64,000 bases of DNA from Methanothrix sp. (GCA_040770465.1 JAXGJB010000006.1:1-64000); one strand, 5' to 3'; shown: positions 9,262-19,418, counted from the stretch's first letter. Translations and numbers: made by a program. The notes: a model not told the origin generated them from the sequence alone.

Positions 9262-10695
9262 ATGCTTTTGAGAGGAGAGAGGCTCGGCGAGATCTCCGGG
9301 GAGGTGCTGGAGTTCATATCCTCCCGGGAGGCTGACCGATGGATCTATGAGGCGGACCTTCTGGTTGACAGGGCCCACCTGGTGATGCTGAAGGAGCGGG
9401 GGCTCATCGCCCCCGAGGAGTTTAGAGAGATCGTGGCGGGGCTCGACAAAATCGATGAGGATAGCCTGGGAGAGGGGGAAGACGTCCACGAGGCGATCGA
9501 GGCGGAGCTGATAGCGCAGGTCGGAGCCGTCGGGGGCAGGATGCACACCGGACGGTCGAGAAACGATGAGGTGGCCACCTGCATCAGGATCGTCCTCAGA
9601 GACGAGATCCTCGGCCTCATGGCCGAGGTGAACGATCTCTGCAAGGCCCTGGTCAAGAGGGCCGCCGAGAACGCCGAGTCGATTATACCGGGGTTCACCC
9701 ACCTCCAGCACGCCCAGCCGACGACCCTCGCCCACCACCTCCTCGCTCACGCCGACGCCCTCCTCCGGGACGTAGACCGGCTCCGGGACTCCTACTCGCG
9801 GGTCAACCGCTCGCCCCTGGGCGCCGCGGCCTTCGCCTCCACCGGCTTTGATATCGACCGGGCGAGGACGGCAGAGCTTCTCGGATTCGACGGCCTCGTC
9901 GAGAACAGCATGGACGCGGTATCGACGAGAGACTTTCTCCTCGAGGCGTTATCCAATTCAGCCATCCTGATGGCGAACTTGAGCCGCCTGGCAGAGGAGC
10001 TGATCCTCTGGTCGACCTCGGAGTTCGGGTACGTGGAGCTTGACAACCTCTTCACCTCCACCTCCTCCATCATGCCCCAGAAGAAGAACCCGGACACCGC
10101 GGAGCTGGTCCGGGGGAAGTCCGGCTCGGTATTCGGCTCGCTAGTCGCAGCTCTCACGATCTGCAAGGCGCTCCCAATGAGCTACAACCGGGACCTGCAG
10201 GAGGCGACGCCGAACCTCTGGCGCGGGATCTCGACGACCAGGGGCGCAGTCCGGATCATGGCCGGGGCCGTCTCGTCGGCGAAGTTCAGGACCGATCGGC
10301 TGGAGGCTGCCTCCAGCGCCGGCTTCTCGACGGCGACGGAGCTGGCCGACTCCCTAGTCAGAAAGACGAAGATCCCCTTCAGGACCGCCCACCAGATCGT
10401 GGGGGCCCTGGCGGCGAAGGGCGGAACGCCGACGATCCGAGATCTGGACGAGGCTGCCGAGAGGATCGCCGGGTTCAGACCCAGCGAGAGGGGCTTTGCC
10501 GAGAGGGAATTGAAGGCCGCCCTCGACCCAAAGGAGAACGTCGCCGCAAGGTCGAAGATCGGTGGCCCTGCGCCATCGGAGACGAAGAGGATGGTCGCCG
10601 ACCGATTGAAAAGAATCGAGGAGAACGAGCAGCTCGTCGGAGAGATGAGGGGGAAAGTCGACGGGGCCCTCGAATCGTTGCGGGAGATTAGGTGA
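9262..10695 (+). CDS. argH: Argininosuccinate lyase
   Basis: HTGRSRND, PGFTHLQHAQP, SSIMPQKKNPD, YNRDLQE. Confidence 0.97.
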   Translation: MLLRGERLGEISGEVLEFISSREADRWIYEADLLVDRAHLVMLKERGLIAPEEFREIVAGLDKIDEDSLGEGEDVHEAIEAELIAQVGAVGGRMHTGRSRNDEVATCIRIVLRDEILGLMAEVNDLCKALVKRAAENAESIIPGFTHLQHAQPTTLAHHLLAHADALLRDVDRLRDSYSRVNRSPLGAAAFASTGFDIDRARTAELLGFDGLVENSMDAVSTRDFLLEALSNSAILMANLSRLAEELILWSTSEFGYVELDNLFTSTSSIMPQKKNPDTAELVRGKSGSVFGSLVAALTICKALPMSYNRDLQEATPNLWRGISTTRGAVRIMAGAVSSAKFRTDRLEAASSAGFSTATELADSLVRKTKIPFRTAHQIVGALAAKGGTPTIRDLDEAAERIAGFRPSERGFAERELKAALDPKENVAARSKIGGPAPSETKRMVADRLKRIEENEQLVGEMRGKVDGALESLREIR

Positions 10696-10711
10696 CATCC
10701 TGAGAAGAGCG

Positions 10712-11050
10712 ATGGCTTCTGAGGCTGTGATGACGACGGCGCCGGGCGGCACGGCTTTGGAGGCGGGCCGAGCATTGCAGACCGAAAAAGTTGGGCCGAA
10801 GGCCGAACCTGCAAGCTGGAGGCGGCGGCTCGGCTTTCTCCTCGTCATCCTATCCTGTCTTCTTTACGGCTCTCTCATTCTCGTCCCGATGACCCCCTTT
10901 TCCGCCAAAGGGAAGGTTGCCCTCTCGTCTCTGCTCGTCATCTCCGGCGAGGCATCCTTCTGGATCGGCGGCCTCATCCTCGGCCGGGAGGCGATCGCCC
11001 GCTGGCGGGGCGCCCTCGATCCGCGCCGGTGGATTCGAGGTCGGGGATGA
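10712..11050 (+). CDS. Small two-TM membrane protein (transporter-suffix-domain-like)
   Basis: Two hydrophobic helices ending GEASFWIGGLILGRE. Confidence 0.6.
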   Translation: MASEAVMTTAPGGTALEAGRALQTEKVGPKAEPASWRRRLGFLLVILSCLLYGSLILVPMTPFSAKGKVALSSLLVISGEASFWIGGLILGREAIARWRGALDPRRWIRGRG

Positions 11051-11196
11051 GGATCGCCGCACTCTCCGAGGTCCCGGAGGAGTACTGCGAGGTCGTGACC
11101 CCAGCGCCTCCGATCCAGCGCGAGAGTCGCCTCCGTTATACGCGAGATCGGCGGGATCGAGCTGTTCTGGAACGTGAGCCGAGGGGACGGAGATGA
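11047..11196 (+). pseudogene. Short degraded ORF; N-terminus resembles metallophosphoesterase starts
   Basis: ATGA overlap with previous gene; MRIAALSEV start then the ORF ends after 49 aa. Confidence 0.3.
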
Positions 11197-11245
11197 AGAA
11201 AAGCCGCTTACATTGGGACTTGCTCCAAAGTGGCCTCGAAATATG

Positions 11246-11404
11246 AAATGACTGCACAACCCCTTCGTCTCCAACTACACTTGGACACATCGAAGTGTGC
11301 TTGGTTTCGATCAGATATTCGTCCTCTAAAGTACGCTTTGGATCATCCCATATCATAGAAGGATAAATATCGAGTGGCTGCACCATCCATCTCTGGCGGT
11401 CACC
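11246..11404 (-). pseudogene. Degenerate duplicate of internal segment 12501-12659 of the large toxin-like gene
   Basis: MVQPLDIYPSMIWDDPKRTLEDEYLIETKHTSMC vs MVQPLEIYPSMIRDDPKCTLEDEYLIEAKHSSLC; nucleotide similarity visible by eye. Confidence 0.85.
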
Positions 11405-14400
11405 ACTCTCTGTGTACTAGCACCCATTGTTGGTATTGACAGCCCGCTTCATTATCCCATTTTTCCTCTACTAGCTCGACTTCTAGCTGATCGTCGTTCT
11501 CATCACCGTCGCCCTTAAGATACGTCTCATCCCAGTTTTGTTCTATGCTGTCCACGTTTGCAATTCTATAATAACCATCACAGTCACCCAAGCTATCTTT
11601 TAGCTTGAAAAACCACCATCCTTTACTTTTGTGGGATGCGTCACGCGTATCCAGGTCGACTTCCGCTAAAGCATCTTCGTCGCCTTCACCAACGAGCACG
11701 CATTCTTTGTCCTTCTTATCGCCATCGACATTTACAATCACATATTTACCATATAGATGTTCCTCTAACTTCCACAGCTGCTGGTCGTCATCTGATTTAT
11801 AGTCATCTAGATCTACTTCAGAATTATCATCTTCGCTCTCGACTCCCGTCAGATAGCACTCTTTATCATCCTCAACACTCCCCCGGCTCACGATACTTAT
11901 GTGACCCAAATCACTGATCTTCAAAGTCATAAATGAAGATACGTCCCCCAATAACCAGTCGCCTATATACGGCACGCTGCTGTCGAGGAATATCTGCGAT
12001 TTTCCCTTATAATCACTTTCTTCGTATAGTATTATGGCATATCCAGAAGGAAGGTTGCTCCTAAACGAACGTACCTCCTTACCGAAATCGCCAATATTTG
12101 GAGATCTGTCCGTAAATATCCTCCCACTGCCGTCATAGTTAGTATCATTGAATAACACTACGTGGGTACTATATTCGCTCGACTTGACGAGTTTCCATCT
12201 TTGATAATCGTAGCCGAGATAGTCGTATTGTTGGACGTTGGCTCCGCCGTCTTTGCTGCCGCCTGCAACTTCCAGGCACCTATCGCTGTATTTGGAGATG
12301 ATTTTACAGTAACCATCTGCGGCAGGCTCAAATCTCCATACCTGATTCTCACTTCCATCATAATCGCATACTACAACGTCGACTCCATTGCTTGTATTGT
12401 CCCGATCAGAAGTTGCAAGGCACTTGTCGCCGTTAACTATCTTGAAGCAACCGTCCCCAACAGGTTTTAACATCCAGTTCTGGCCACTTTCTCCGAAATA
12501 AAATGACTGCACAACCTCCTCGCCTTCAACTACACTTAGACACAGCGAACTGTGCTTGGCTTCGATCAGATATTCATCCTCTAAAGTGCACTTTGGATCA
12601 TCACGTATCATGGAAGGATAAATCTCGAGCGGCTGCACCATCCATTTCTGGTGGTCACCTTCTGTGTAATTATCCTGGATGACGCTGGCACTATCTTCCA
12701 ATCTCGCCCTCTCAACCGATAGGTAATTTCCACTGTGCCGCGCACCGATCTTGTAGTAGCCGTCCCCAACTGGCTCAAAGTACCATTGTTGATACATTTT
12801 AGGGTAACAATTTTCGTCAAATTCTAATATGCCTGACTGAACGTTTGCTCCTCCGCGCACCATCCCGTGATCAACCTCTAGATAACGGTAGGTGTCGTTG
12901 TTATGAACTATATAATAACCATGTCCGATATGCTCCAGATACCATCTTTGTTTTGGACCAATGCCGCCTTTATATTGATACGCGTTGTAGTCATGATCTT
13001 CATCAGATCCGTCCAAGCACTTCTCACTGTTTTTTACAGTGAATACGTACCAGCCGTCGCTGAACGGTGCTGCGACAGAATCTGGAAGCAGGCCAATTTC
13101 AAGTTGACTGGAGGAGTTATTGAGATTGGTGGCGATGATGGTGGCGTTTTTGTCTCTCCTCATCACCTGGATTACTGAAGTTTCGTATATCGTATCGTTA
13201 TCGTCATCGGTCATGGTCAAGTTTCGATACTCGCCGTTTACCTTCACGTGAGCGATCACGCTCTTAATTCCATATCCATCGGTAACCGATGCATATGCTC
13301 TCGTCATGTCCAAGCTGTAACCGGCCCAGTGGATCTTTGGTTTTTCAGATATTTGCGGTGTCAAGATGAAATGCCATCCTGGCTCCAGTTCAAGCTCCCC
13401 TATACTCCTATTGCTGTCGTTTAGCTCTTTGGCTCGCTTCAAAGCATCTATATCAGAAACACCGAGCACCCACTTCGTGTTATTTTGGTGTGGCACGCTG
13501 TCATCGCTTCCAATGGTCCAATTGATCGCATCACCCAAGGTTACCGAAGAGCCTGCATATACCTTGTATTCTTTGTAGACTCCATCTTCCAGATCGAACA
13601 TGAGAGTTGCGGTCTTCTTATCTATCTCTTCCATATAAGTACTGAAATCCTCTTCTGTGCAAACCCACTCATTTTTCTCCCCGCTCCATTTCTTGACCTT
13701 CGCATCAACTTTAAACGACTCAATGCTGAGAGGTGTTCCACAGTCAATTGATTTCAATTGTTCGAAAGAGGTGGTTATGTCTTCACCTCTGTTGCCGACC
13801 AGACCTTGATCAAGCTCTACGTCTGCGCTCGTCTCCCCTCTATCAAGCGAGGTTATCGAGGTTGGCGAGGTGACGGTTGCAATCACCACTTCCCCAAGCT
13901 TTATGTTGACATTGGGGACTACGTTTTCGGCTGGCGTCATCCCGATATTTTTGACGTTCAACGTGAAGGCGAGCTTTGCAGCCTCGTCCAAGCTGGTGGT
14001 GGTTGCGGTGCTCCAATCTTCCTGGGTAAAACCGGAAGTAGTATTTGAATCAGTTGTAGTGGTCGTCTTCTCCCAAAATCCCATATAATGCAACGTGACC
14101 TTACCACCAGTAATCATCGTAAGGGGACTTAAGCTTGGCGTAAATTCAAAGTTACCCCCCCCCTCCTGATGATTTGTATGGGCAATAGATGTTTCGTGAG
14201 TTATACTCCATCCTGTATTATTTGAGCCGCCCGTGGTGGACGTGATCTCTGCGATGGGCGTAACTCGCGTCTCTTTGAGCACCACCTTAAGACCGGGATA
14301 CGCAGCCACCAGGGGGTGATCTGCTGGCGATATCTCTGGCATGTTCACGTGGAAATATTCCTGGCCATCGCCATAAAGATCGCCGTCGGTGCTGAAGATC

Positions 14401-15635
14401 TTGAAGTCCGTCCCCACCTCGTGCATCTCAGCGGCGTCTGGCAGGCCGTCACCATCTACGTCGTTGTCCCGGTTAATGTCCTCAGACCTGTAAGGGTAGG
14501 TCCTATTTGGATTCTCGGAGTCTATAGATGCGCTGTCGTTAATCTGATCGCCGTTGGTGTCCGGGTCGGTACGGCTGCATAGCCACCACCCTTCTCTGGT
14601 GTCGTTGAGGCCGTCGTCGTCCGAATCATGATCGAGATAGTCGGGAACGCCGTCGCCGTCGGTATCCGCAGGGTTGCTGGGATCAGAGCCTGCCTCGACC
14701 TCATCGGATATGCCGTCGTCGTCTGAATCGAGATCGAGATAGTCGGGAACGCCGTCACCGTCGGTGTCTGCAGGGTTGCTGGGATCGGAGCCTGCCTCGG
14801 CCTCATCGGGAATGCCGTCGTCATCTGAATCCGGATCACAATAATTGAGAAGACCATCACCGTCGGTGTCGTTTGCCAAAAGGGGTCCACTGTCGTTTAG
14901 TCCGTCTATTGGCGTGTTGTCGGTAAAGTTATCGATTTCTCCGTCTCTATCAGCGTCTTCGCCCCCCGCCTCGATCAAATCAGGAATGCCGTCGTCATCT
15001 GAGTCGTGATCCCGACAATCGATATCGCCATCATTGTCTGTGTCGGGCGAGGGCTTGTCAGGGTCTATGTCGTCGCATAATCCATTAGAGTCAGAGTCGA
15101 CAAAGTTATCGATCCTCCCATCGATGGGGTCAACATCTGCATATCCTGCCTCGACAACGTCAGCAATTCCATCGTTATCTGAGTCAAGGTCCAAGACGTC
15201 CTTTACGTTGTCATTATCTGTATCTTGAGTGCTCGTTTGCTCAGCAAGATCTGGAATTCCGTCGTTATCGTCGTCGGCATCTCGGTTATCATTAACACCA
15301 TCACCATCAGTGTCGGTGACCGGAGGTCTGTCTCTCTTATCAGGGCCAATGCTGTCGTTTTCTGTAGGGCCTGCCTCAACAACGTTAGGAATTCCAGCGT
15401 TGTTTGAGTCTAGGTTGCGTAAGCCGTCTCCATCAGTATCTTCGGTAGTGTATTGTTCTAAAAGGTCAGGAGGAAAACTTTCTATAGAAAAATCAATTTC
15501 AAAGTTTGGATTCAAGAAATCAGTATCATTAATATCATAATTTTCAGTGCATAAAGAAGGTTGAATAATACTTAATAATGCCACCAAATACAAACAGCTA
15601 CGGATTATACAACTACCCCTATAGTACTCCATCAA
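11400..15635 (-). CDS. Secreted multidomain protein: signal peptide, TSP3-like Ca-binding repeats, binary toxin B/protective antigen-like domain, ricin-B lectin repeats, beta/gamma-crystallin-like domain
   Basis: Many DxDxDGxxD repeats; DVDGDGLPDAAE...STDGDLYGDGQE...HPLVAAYP followed by a Ser/Thr-rich stretch; QxW ricin motifs (QRWYL, QQWYF, QKWMV, QNWML, QVWRF, QRWKL); crystallin-like VLFNDTNYDG and ILYEESDYKG. Confidence 0.85.
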   Translation of the reverse strand: MMEYYRGSCIIRSCLYLVALLSIIQPSLCTENYDINDTDFLNPNFEIDFSIESFPPDLLEQYTTEDTDGDGLRNLDSNNAGIPNVVEAGPTENDSIGPDKRDRPPVTDTDGDGVNDNRDADDDNDGIPDLAEQTSTQDTDNDNVKDVLDLDSDNDGIADVVEAGYADVDPIDGRIDNFVDSDSNGLCDDIDPDKPSPDTDNDGDIDCRDHDSDDDGIPDLIEAGGEDADRDGEIDNFTDNTPIDGLNDSGPLLANDTDGDGLLNYCDPDSDDDGIPDEAEAGSDPSNPADTDGDGVPDYLDLDSDDDGISDEVEAGSDPSNPADTDGDGVPDYLDHDSDDDGLNDTREGWWLCSRTDPDTNGDQINDSASIDSENPNRTYPYRSEDINRDNDVDGDGLPDAAEMHEVGTDFKIFSTDGDLYGDGQEYFHVNMPEISPADHPLVAAYPGLKVVLKETRVTPIAEITSTTGGSNNTGWSITHETSIAHTNHQEGGGNFEFTPSLSPLTMITGGKVTLHYMGFWEKTTTTTDSNTTSGFTQEDWSTATTTSLDEAAKLAFTLNVKNIGMTPAENVVPNVNIKLGEVVIATVTSPTSITSLDRGETSADVELDQGLVGNRGEDITTSFEQLKSIDCGTPLSIESFKVDAKVKKWSGEKNEWVCTEEDFSTYMEEIDKKTATLMFDLEDGVYKEYKVYAGSSVTLGDAINWTIGSDDSVPHQNNTKWVLGVSDIDALKRAKELNDSNRSIGELELEPGWHFILTPQISEKPKIHWAGYSLDMTRAYASVTDGYGIKSVIAHVKVNGEYRNLTMTDDDNDTIYETSVIQVMRRDKNATIIATNLNNSSSQLEIGLLPDSVAAPFSDGWYVFTVKNSEKCLDGSDEDHDYNAYQYKGGIGPKQRWYLEHIGHGYYIVHNNDTYRYLEVDHGMVRGGANVQSGILEFDENCYPKMYQQWYFEPVGDGYYKIGARHSGNYLSVERARLEDSASVIQDNYTEGDHQKWMVQPLEIYPSMIRDDPKCTLEDEYLIEAKHSSLCLSVVEGEEVVQSFYFGESGQNWMLKPVGDGCFKIVNGDKCLATSDRDNTSNGVDVVVCDYDGSENQVWRFEPAADGYCKIISKYSDRCLEVAGGSKDGGANVQQYDYLGYDYQRWKLVKSSEYSTHVVLFNDTNYDGSGRIFTDRSPNIGDFGKEVRSFRSNLPSGYAIILYEESDYKGKSQIFLDSSVPYIGDWLLGDVSSFMTLKISDLGHISIVSRGSVEDDKECYLTGVESEDDNSEVDLDDYKSDDDQQLWKLEEHLYGKYVIVNVDGDKKDKECVLVGEGDEDALAEVDLDTRDASHKSKGWWFFKLKDSLGDCDGYYRIANVDSIEQNWDETYLKGDGDENDDQLEVELVEEKWDNEAGCQYQQWVLVHREW
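14607..14826 (-). repeat. Two near-identical 102-bp (34-aa) intragenic tandem repeats
   Basis: DDDGIPDEAEAGSDPSNPADTDGDGVPDYLDLDS / DDDGISDEVEAGSDPSNPADTDGDGVPDYLDHDS; boundaries approximate. Confidence 0.8.
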
Positions 15636-15704
15636 GACCCCTTCAATTACCCTAGATCTGGTTCAGATTTTGGGATGATGATGCTATATATTATTTTCGG
15701 TTGA

Positions 15705-16550
15705 TGTCTCCACACTGTCGAAGAGAAAGAAAAATCACACGCTGGAAACTGCAGCAAGACCAGACAGGTCGCGACCTACACCGTCACCATCGAGATCGAC
15801 GGCAACGCTGCCCTGGGACCGCCATACCTGAAACCTCTTCCCCCGGGGGCAATCTTCAGAGAGCCCTCGTCCTTGAGGCCGACGATAGACGACGTTGCGA
15901 CGATAACCCCGAAGCTTGACGTGACCAAATACTACCCGAGCGAGCTGGTGAACAGAGTCAAGGTCTGCGGCCAGTATAACGGAGCAGAATGGATCTGCGC
16001 CTCGAACTTCACGGCTCTTGAGGTGAACTGGCTCAGCTGCTGCACCAACGAGACGGTCTCAGTGACGAAGACTGCTCGACTGGACGGAACGAACGATAGC
16101 CTTGTCTGGTACACCGTCGAGATAAGAAACAACGACAACGTCACCCGGGCGGCGACGGTGACCGATCGGCTCCCGGTGGGGATGGAACTCGTCGAATCGT
16201 CGGTTCCGTTCGCCTCCTATGAAGACGGCGTCGTCGTCTGGAACCTCGTCGAGATCGGGCCGTTCGAGACGGCGACGATCGAGTTCTCCGCCCTCGCCCC
16301 CGGAGACGGCAGGTTCACGAGCACCGTCGAGGTGGACCCGAGGTCCGTCAATGGTCCCGTCGTCCAGCCCGTACGTGCCACCTGCGTCATCGACGTCGGC
16401 GTCGTCGAGGGTGAGTGCGGTGCCGTATCCTGCGGGATATGGCAGCCGCCGAACTGGGACCTGGAGCATTACGGGTACCAGCCGGACGAATTGGCCTGCG
16501 AGCAGACGACATGCACCGGGTGTGACGGGGACTCGTGCACCGCGCCATGA
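15705..16550 (+). pseudogene. 5'-truncated DUF11-type surface protein remnant
   Basis: The frame of the 15873 ORF stays open upstream (QVATYTVTIEIDGNAALGP) to a TGA at 15702, with no start or signal peptide; DUF11 pattern VTKTA...YTVEIRN...VTDRLPVG. Confidence 0.65.
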
Positions 16551-16640
16551 AAACGGGCGCGGGGCGACATCTTTTTTCAGTCGATTATATAATCACAATC
16601 TAAAAGAATCCACTAATGGAGAGGATGAACTGTGGTGAGT

Positions 16641-17117
16641 TCAGCTCCTGGATATCTTCATGACGCAGCCGTCGTCGGTCTCCTCGACCTCGAGCTTCAT
16701 CCCCAGGTCTGCGAACACCTTCCGCCAGTGGTTCTCGACGCAGGTCTTGCAGTGCTGCTTTGCAACGAGCCCGGCTCCCAGGCGGGCGAAGGCGTTGATC
16801 CCCTCCTTGATGGCGCACCTCTCCCGTCTGATCTCGGCCCAGCCGTCCCCCACCCCCACCGAGACTTCGCTTCCGAAGAGGTTCTTGTCGTTGGTGGCAA
16901 TGGCAATGGCGAGGTCTCCCGGCTCGGATAGCTCCAACCTTTTGAATGTGTCTGCCACCTGGTGGGCGCCCATATCCTGGAACTCTCGAAGCCCTTTTTT
17001 TCCGAGCCTCTTTGCGACGTAGCCGCTGCTTCCGTAGAAGCTTCCAAGCCACATCGCCACCACACGCTGCTGAATCTCATGTCGGGGGATCTCGGGAACG
17101 TCGGTCATGAATCCCAC
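16641..17117 (-). CDS. Hypothetical protein, possibly V4R/ATC-hydrolase-like small-ligand fold
   Basis: 158-aa ORF with spaced Cys residues (RCAI, HCKTC, DGC); family is a guess. Confidence 0.6.
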   Translation of the reverse strand: MGFMTDVPEIPRHEIQQRVVAMWLGSFYGSSGYVAKRLGKKGLREFQDMGAHQVADTFKRLELSEPGDLAIAIATNDKNLFGSEVSVGVGDGWAEIRRERCAIKEGINAFARLGAGLVAKQHCKTCVENHWRKVFADLGMKLEVEETDDGCVMKISRS

Positions 17118-17216
17118 TCGTCATAGAGGCGATATAACCTTTCCGAGGGTTGGGAACGTTGGTGCCATTCGATCTTTATCAACCCTGAAACAGTTCAGCC
17201 GTCCCTTATCCTCGAT

Positions 17217-18215
17217 TCACCGAAACCTGTCGGAGAGCAGGTAGTAGGCGGCAACGCCCGCCAGCTCTCCGAACCGGGAGAGGATCTCTTCCGCCTCCCG
17301 GGCCGAAGCTCTCTCTCCCCCCTTGTAGAAGAGGCCGACGGCGTCTCTTATCCCCAGGTCGTCGAAGGGGACGGCCTCAAACCTCCCCAGGCCCCGAACA
17401 AGAACGTAGTCGGCAGTCCACCTCCCGACACCCTTGATCGATACGAGAACCTCTCTCGCCTCGTCCGTCGTCATCCTCTTGAGCAACTCAAAATCCTGGT
17501 CCCCCGAGGCGACGCCGTCGGCGATCCCCAGGATGAAGCGGCTCTTGTTCATGCTGAGCCCCAGATCTCTCAGATCCTGGGGGTCTAGCCCCGCGAGCCG
17601 ATCGGGCGATGGGAAGGCTGAAAACTCGAGGTCTCCGAACTTGAAAGGCGGGCCGAAGCGGGAAACGAGCCTGTTCTGGAGAAGGTTGGCGACCCGAAGA
17701 CCGATCTGCTGCTCGATAATAGCGATCACCAGGCCCTCGAAGACCGTTGCGGTCCTCGGCGGTTTGAGGCCGCAAAACCTCTCCGCCAGGGGCGCGAAGA
17801 CGGGGTCGTCCACCTGATATAAGGGCTGAAGGTCCAGGTCCGATGAGAGGATCCAGGCGGCGAGGCTTGCGGCCGCAGGCCACGAGGACGCCATTCCGGT
17901 CGGCCGATCGACTCCGGGGTCCAAGATCGGGCCGGGTTCTGAAGGCCCCTGTCTATAGAGGCGAGCCTCTATCCTGCCCTCCTCCACCGCCTCCTCCGCT
18001 ACCTCCTCCATTACCTCTTCCTCACCCCCCTCCCCCTCTTCTGTCTCGAAGACCTCCAGAAGATGGGGCGCGCCCTCCGTCTCGAAGGCCTTGTAGAGGA
18101 CGCCGTCGACGAAGGCGGTGTGGGTCCACACCTCAAACCGGGCGTAGATGCTGCAGCTTTTGCCGAAATCGAAGGGCTGGAGGGGGCTGATCGTCCCCTG
18201 AGAGATCGGGATCAT
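17217..18215 (-). CDS. DNA-3-methyladenine glycosylase II (AlkA family, HhH-GPD)
   Basis: AIIEQQI, FPSP, HhH motif LVSIKGVGRWTADY, catalytic PFDDLG. Confidence 0.9.
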   Translation of the reverse strand: MIPISQGTISPLQPFDFGKSCSIYARFEVWTHTAFVDGVLYKAFETEGAPHLLEVFETEEGEGGEEEVMEEVAEEAVEEGRIEARLYRQGPSEPGPILDPGVDRPTGMASSWPAAASLAAWILSSDLDLQPLYQVDDPVFAPLAERFCGLKPPRTATVFEGLVIAIIEQQIGLRVANLLQNRLVSRFGPPFKFGDLEFSAFPSPDRLAGLDPQDLRDLGLSMNKSRFILGIADGVASGDQDFELLKRMTTDEAREVLVSIKGVGRWTADYVLVRGLGRFEAVPFDDLGIRDAVGLFYKGGERASAREAEEILSRFGELAGVAAYYLLSDRFR

Positions 18216-18219
18216 AATT

Positions 18220-19293
18220 TCAGGGCCCCCTTGCCGGGATCATCGATGTACTGCATTTCGTCCCATTCTTGCCGACCTTCCTCAGGAGGTGAGCTGTGCA
18301 TATCCCGCCGAGGAAGGTGTGAAACCACAGCTGGGCGACCCTCGCCAGGATGGTGACGGCCGCCGCGTCGTGAAGCGAGACGCCGACGGCGGTGAAGAGG
18401 GCGGTCATGAGGATCTCGACGATCCCGATCCCTCCCGGCAGGATCAGGGGCAGGTTCTGGAAGACCATGATCACCGAGTAGACGGCGAATAAGGCGAAGA
18501 TGGGGACCTTTACCCCCAGGGACCGGAACGCGGCGAAGGCCACCAGGTTAAGAGATAGCCAGCCCAGAAGGGCCCAGAAGGAGCTCAATATGAGGGGACC
18601 GTTTTTGTTTCGCAGCAGGAACATGCTCTGCTGAAACTCGTGGGTGATGCCGCAGCAGAAGTTGCGATCGATGCTCCTCTTAAAGAGCCGCTCCACCTGG
18701 TCGATGACGACGTTGACCGTTCCCAAAAGCCAGCTCTCAGAGAAGCAGATGCCGACGAAGAGGGCGCCTGCCGAGACCATGAGAAAAACCATCGAAAAAC
18801 AGGTGGTCAGGGCCCAGGATGGGACATCGTACCAGAGGACGAGGTAGACGAGCCCCAGGGACATCCCGAGAACGAATGGCGCCGCCGTGATGATCCTGGT
18901 GGCGGCGACGCTGGCGGTGCTGGAATCGAGCCTCGCGTTCCCCGCGATCTTGTTCAGGAAGTATAGACGGGCGGTCTCCCCGGATACGCTCCCCGAGGGG
19001 ATGAGGTTGTTGAGAAATATGCTGGACATGTAGATCGAGAAGACGTCCGCGAGAGAGATCCGATAGTCCAGCTCTCTGACCAGGGTCTTCCAGGAGAGGG
19101 CGTTGAAGACGACGTCCAGAAGGGATAGAAGAAACGCGAGGCCGTAGACCGTCAGGTTCACCTGAGAGAGGCTTGCCGTAACCTCTGAGAGCCCCAGGTG
19201 GCAGAGGTACGCGAAGTAGGCTAAAAGCCCCAGGACGACCAGAAGCGTGGACTTTTTGGGGTCGATCGTCGGAAGCTCTAAGTCCTGGACCAC
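18220..19293 (-). CDS. UPF0104 / lysylphosphatidylglycerol synthase TM-domain (flippase-like) membrane protein
   Basis: FLNNLIPSGSVSGETARLY and LPGGIGIVE motifs; multiple TM helices. Confidence 0.85.
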   Translation of the reverse strand: MVQDLELPTIDPKKSTLLVVLGLLAYFAYLCHLGLSEVTASLSQVNLTVYGLAFLLSLLDVVFNALSWKTLVRELDYRISLADVFSIYMSSIFLNNLIPSGSVSGETARLYFLNKIAGNARLDSSTASVAATRIITAAPFVLGMSLGLVYLVLWYDVPSWALTTCFSMVFLMVSAGALFVGICFSESWLLGTVNVVIDQVERLFKRSIDRNFCCGITHEFQQSMFLLRNKNGPLILSSFWALLGWLSLNLVAFAAFRSLGVKVPIFALFAVYSVIMVFQNLPLILPGGIGIVEILMTALFTAVGVSLHDAAAVTILARVAQLWFHTFLGGICTAHLLRKVGKNGTKCSTSMIPARGP

Positions 19294-19418
19294 GAGGACG
19301 AAGAGGGTTTTGCTGTAGAAATAGTTATCTTTTCTCGATTAGAATACCATCGAAATACCATCGAAGAGATCAGGCGGGCGTCGCCGACAACTCGCTTTTC
19401 GAAGGGATGGGCTGAAAA

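Noticed and set aside
8032-9750. Long antisense ORFs (e.g. 572 aa here, 379 aa at 1214-2353, 358 aa at 56506-57582)
   Set aside because: They are shadow ORFs opposite well-supported genes in GC-rich DNA, with no motifs.
11246-12659. Diversity-generating retroelement TR/VR pair
   Set aside because: Differences between the copies are not adenine-specific and no reverse transcriptase is present.
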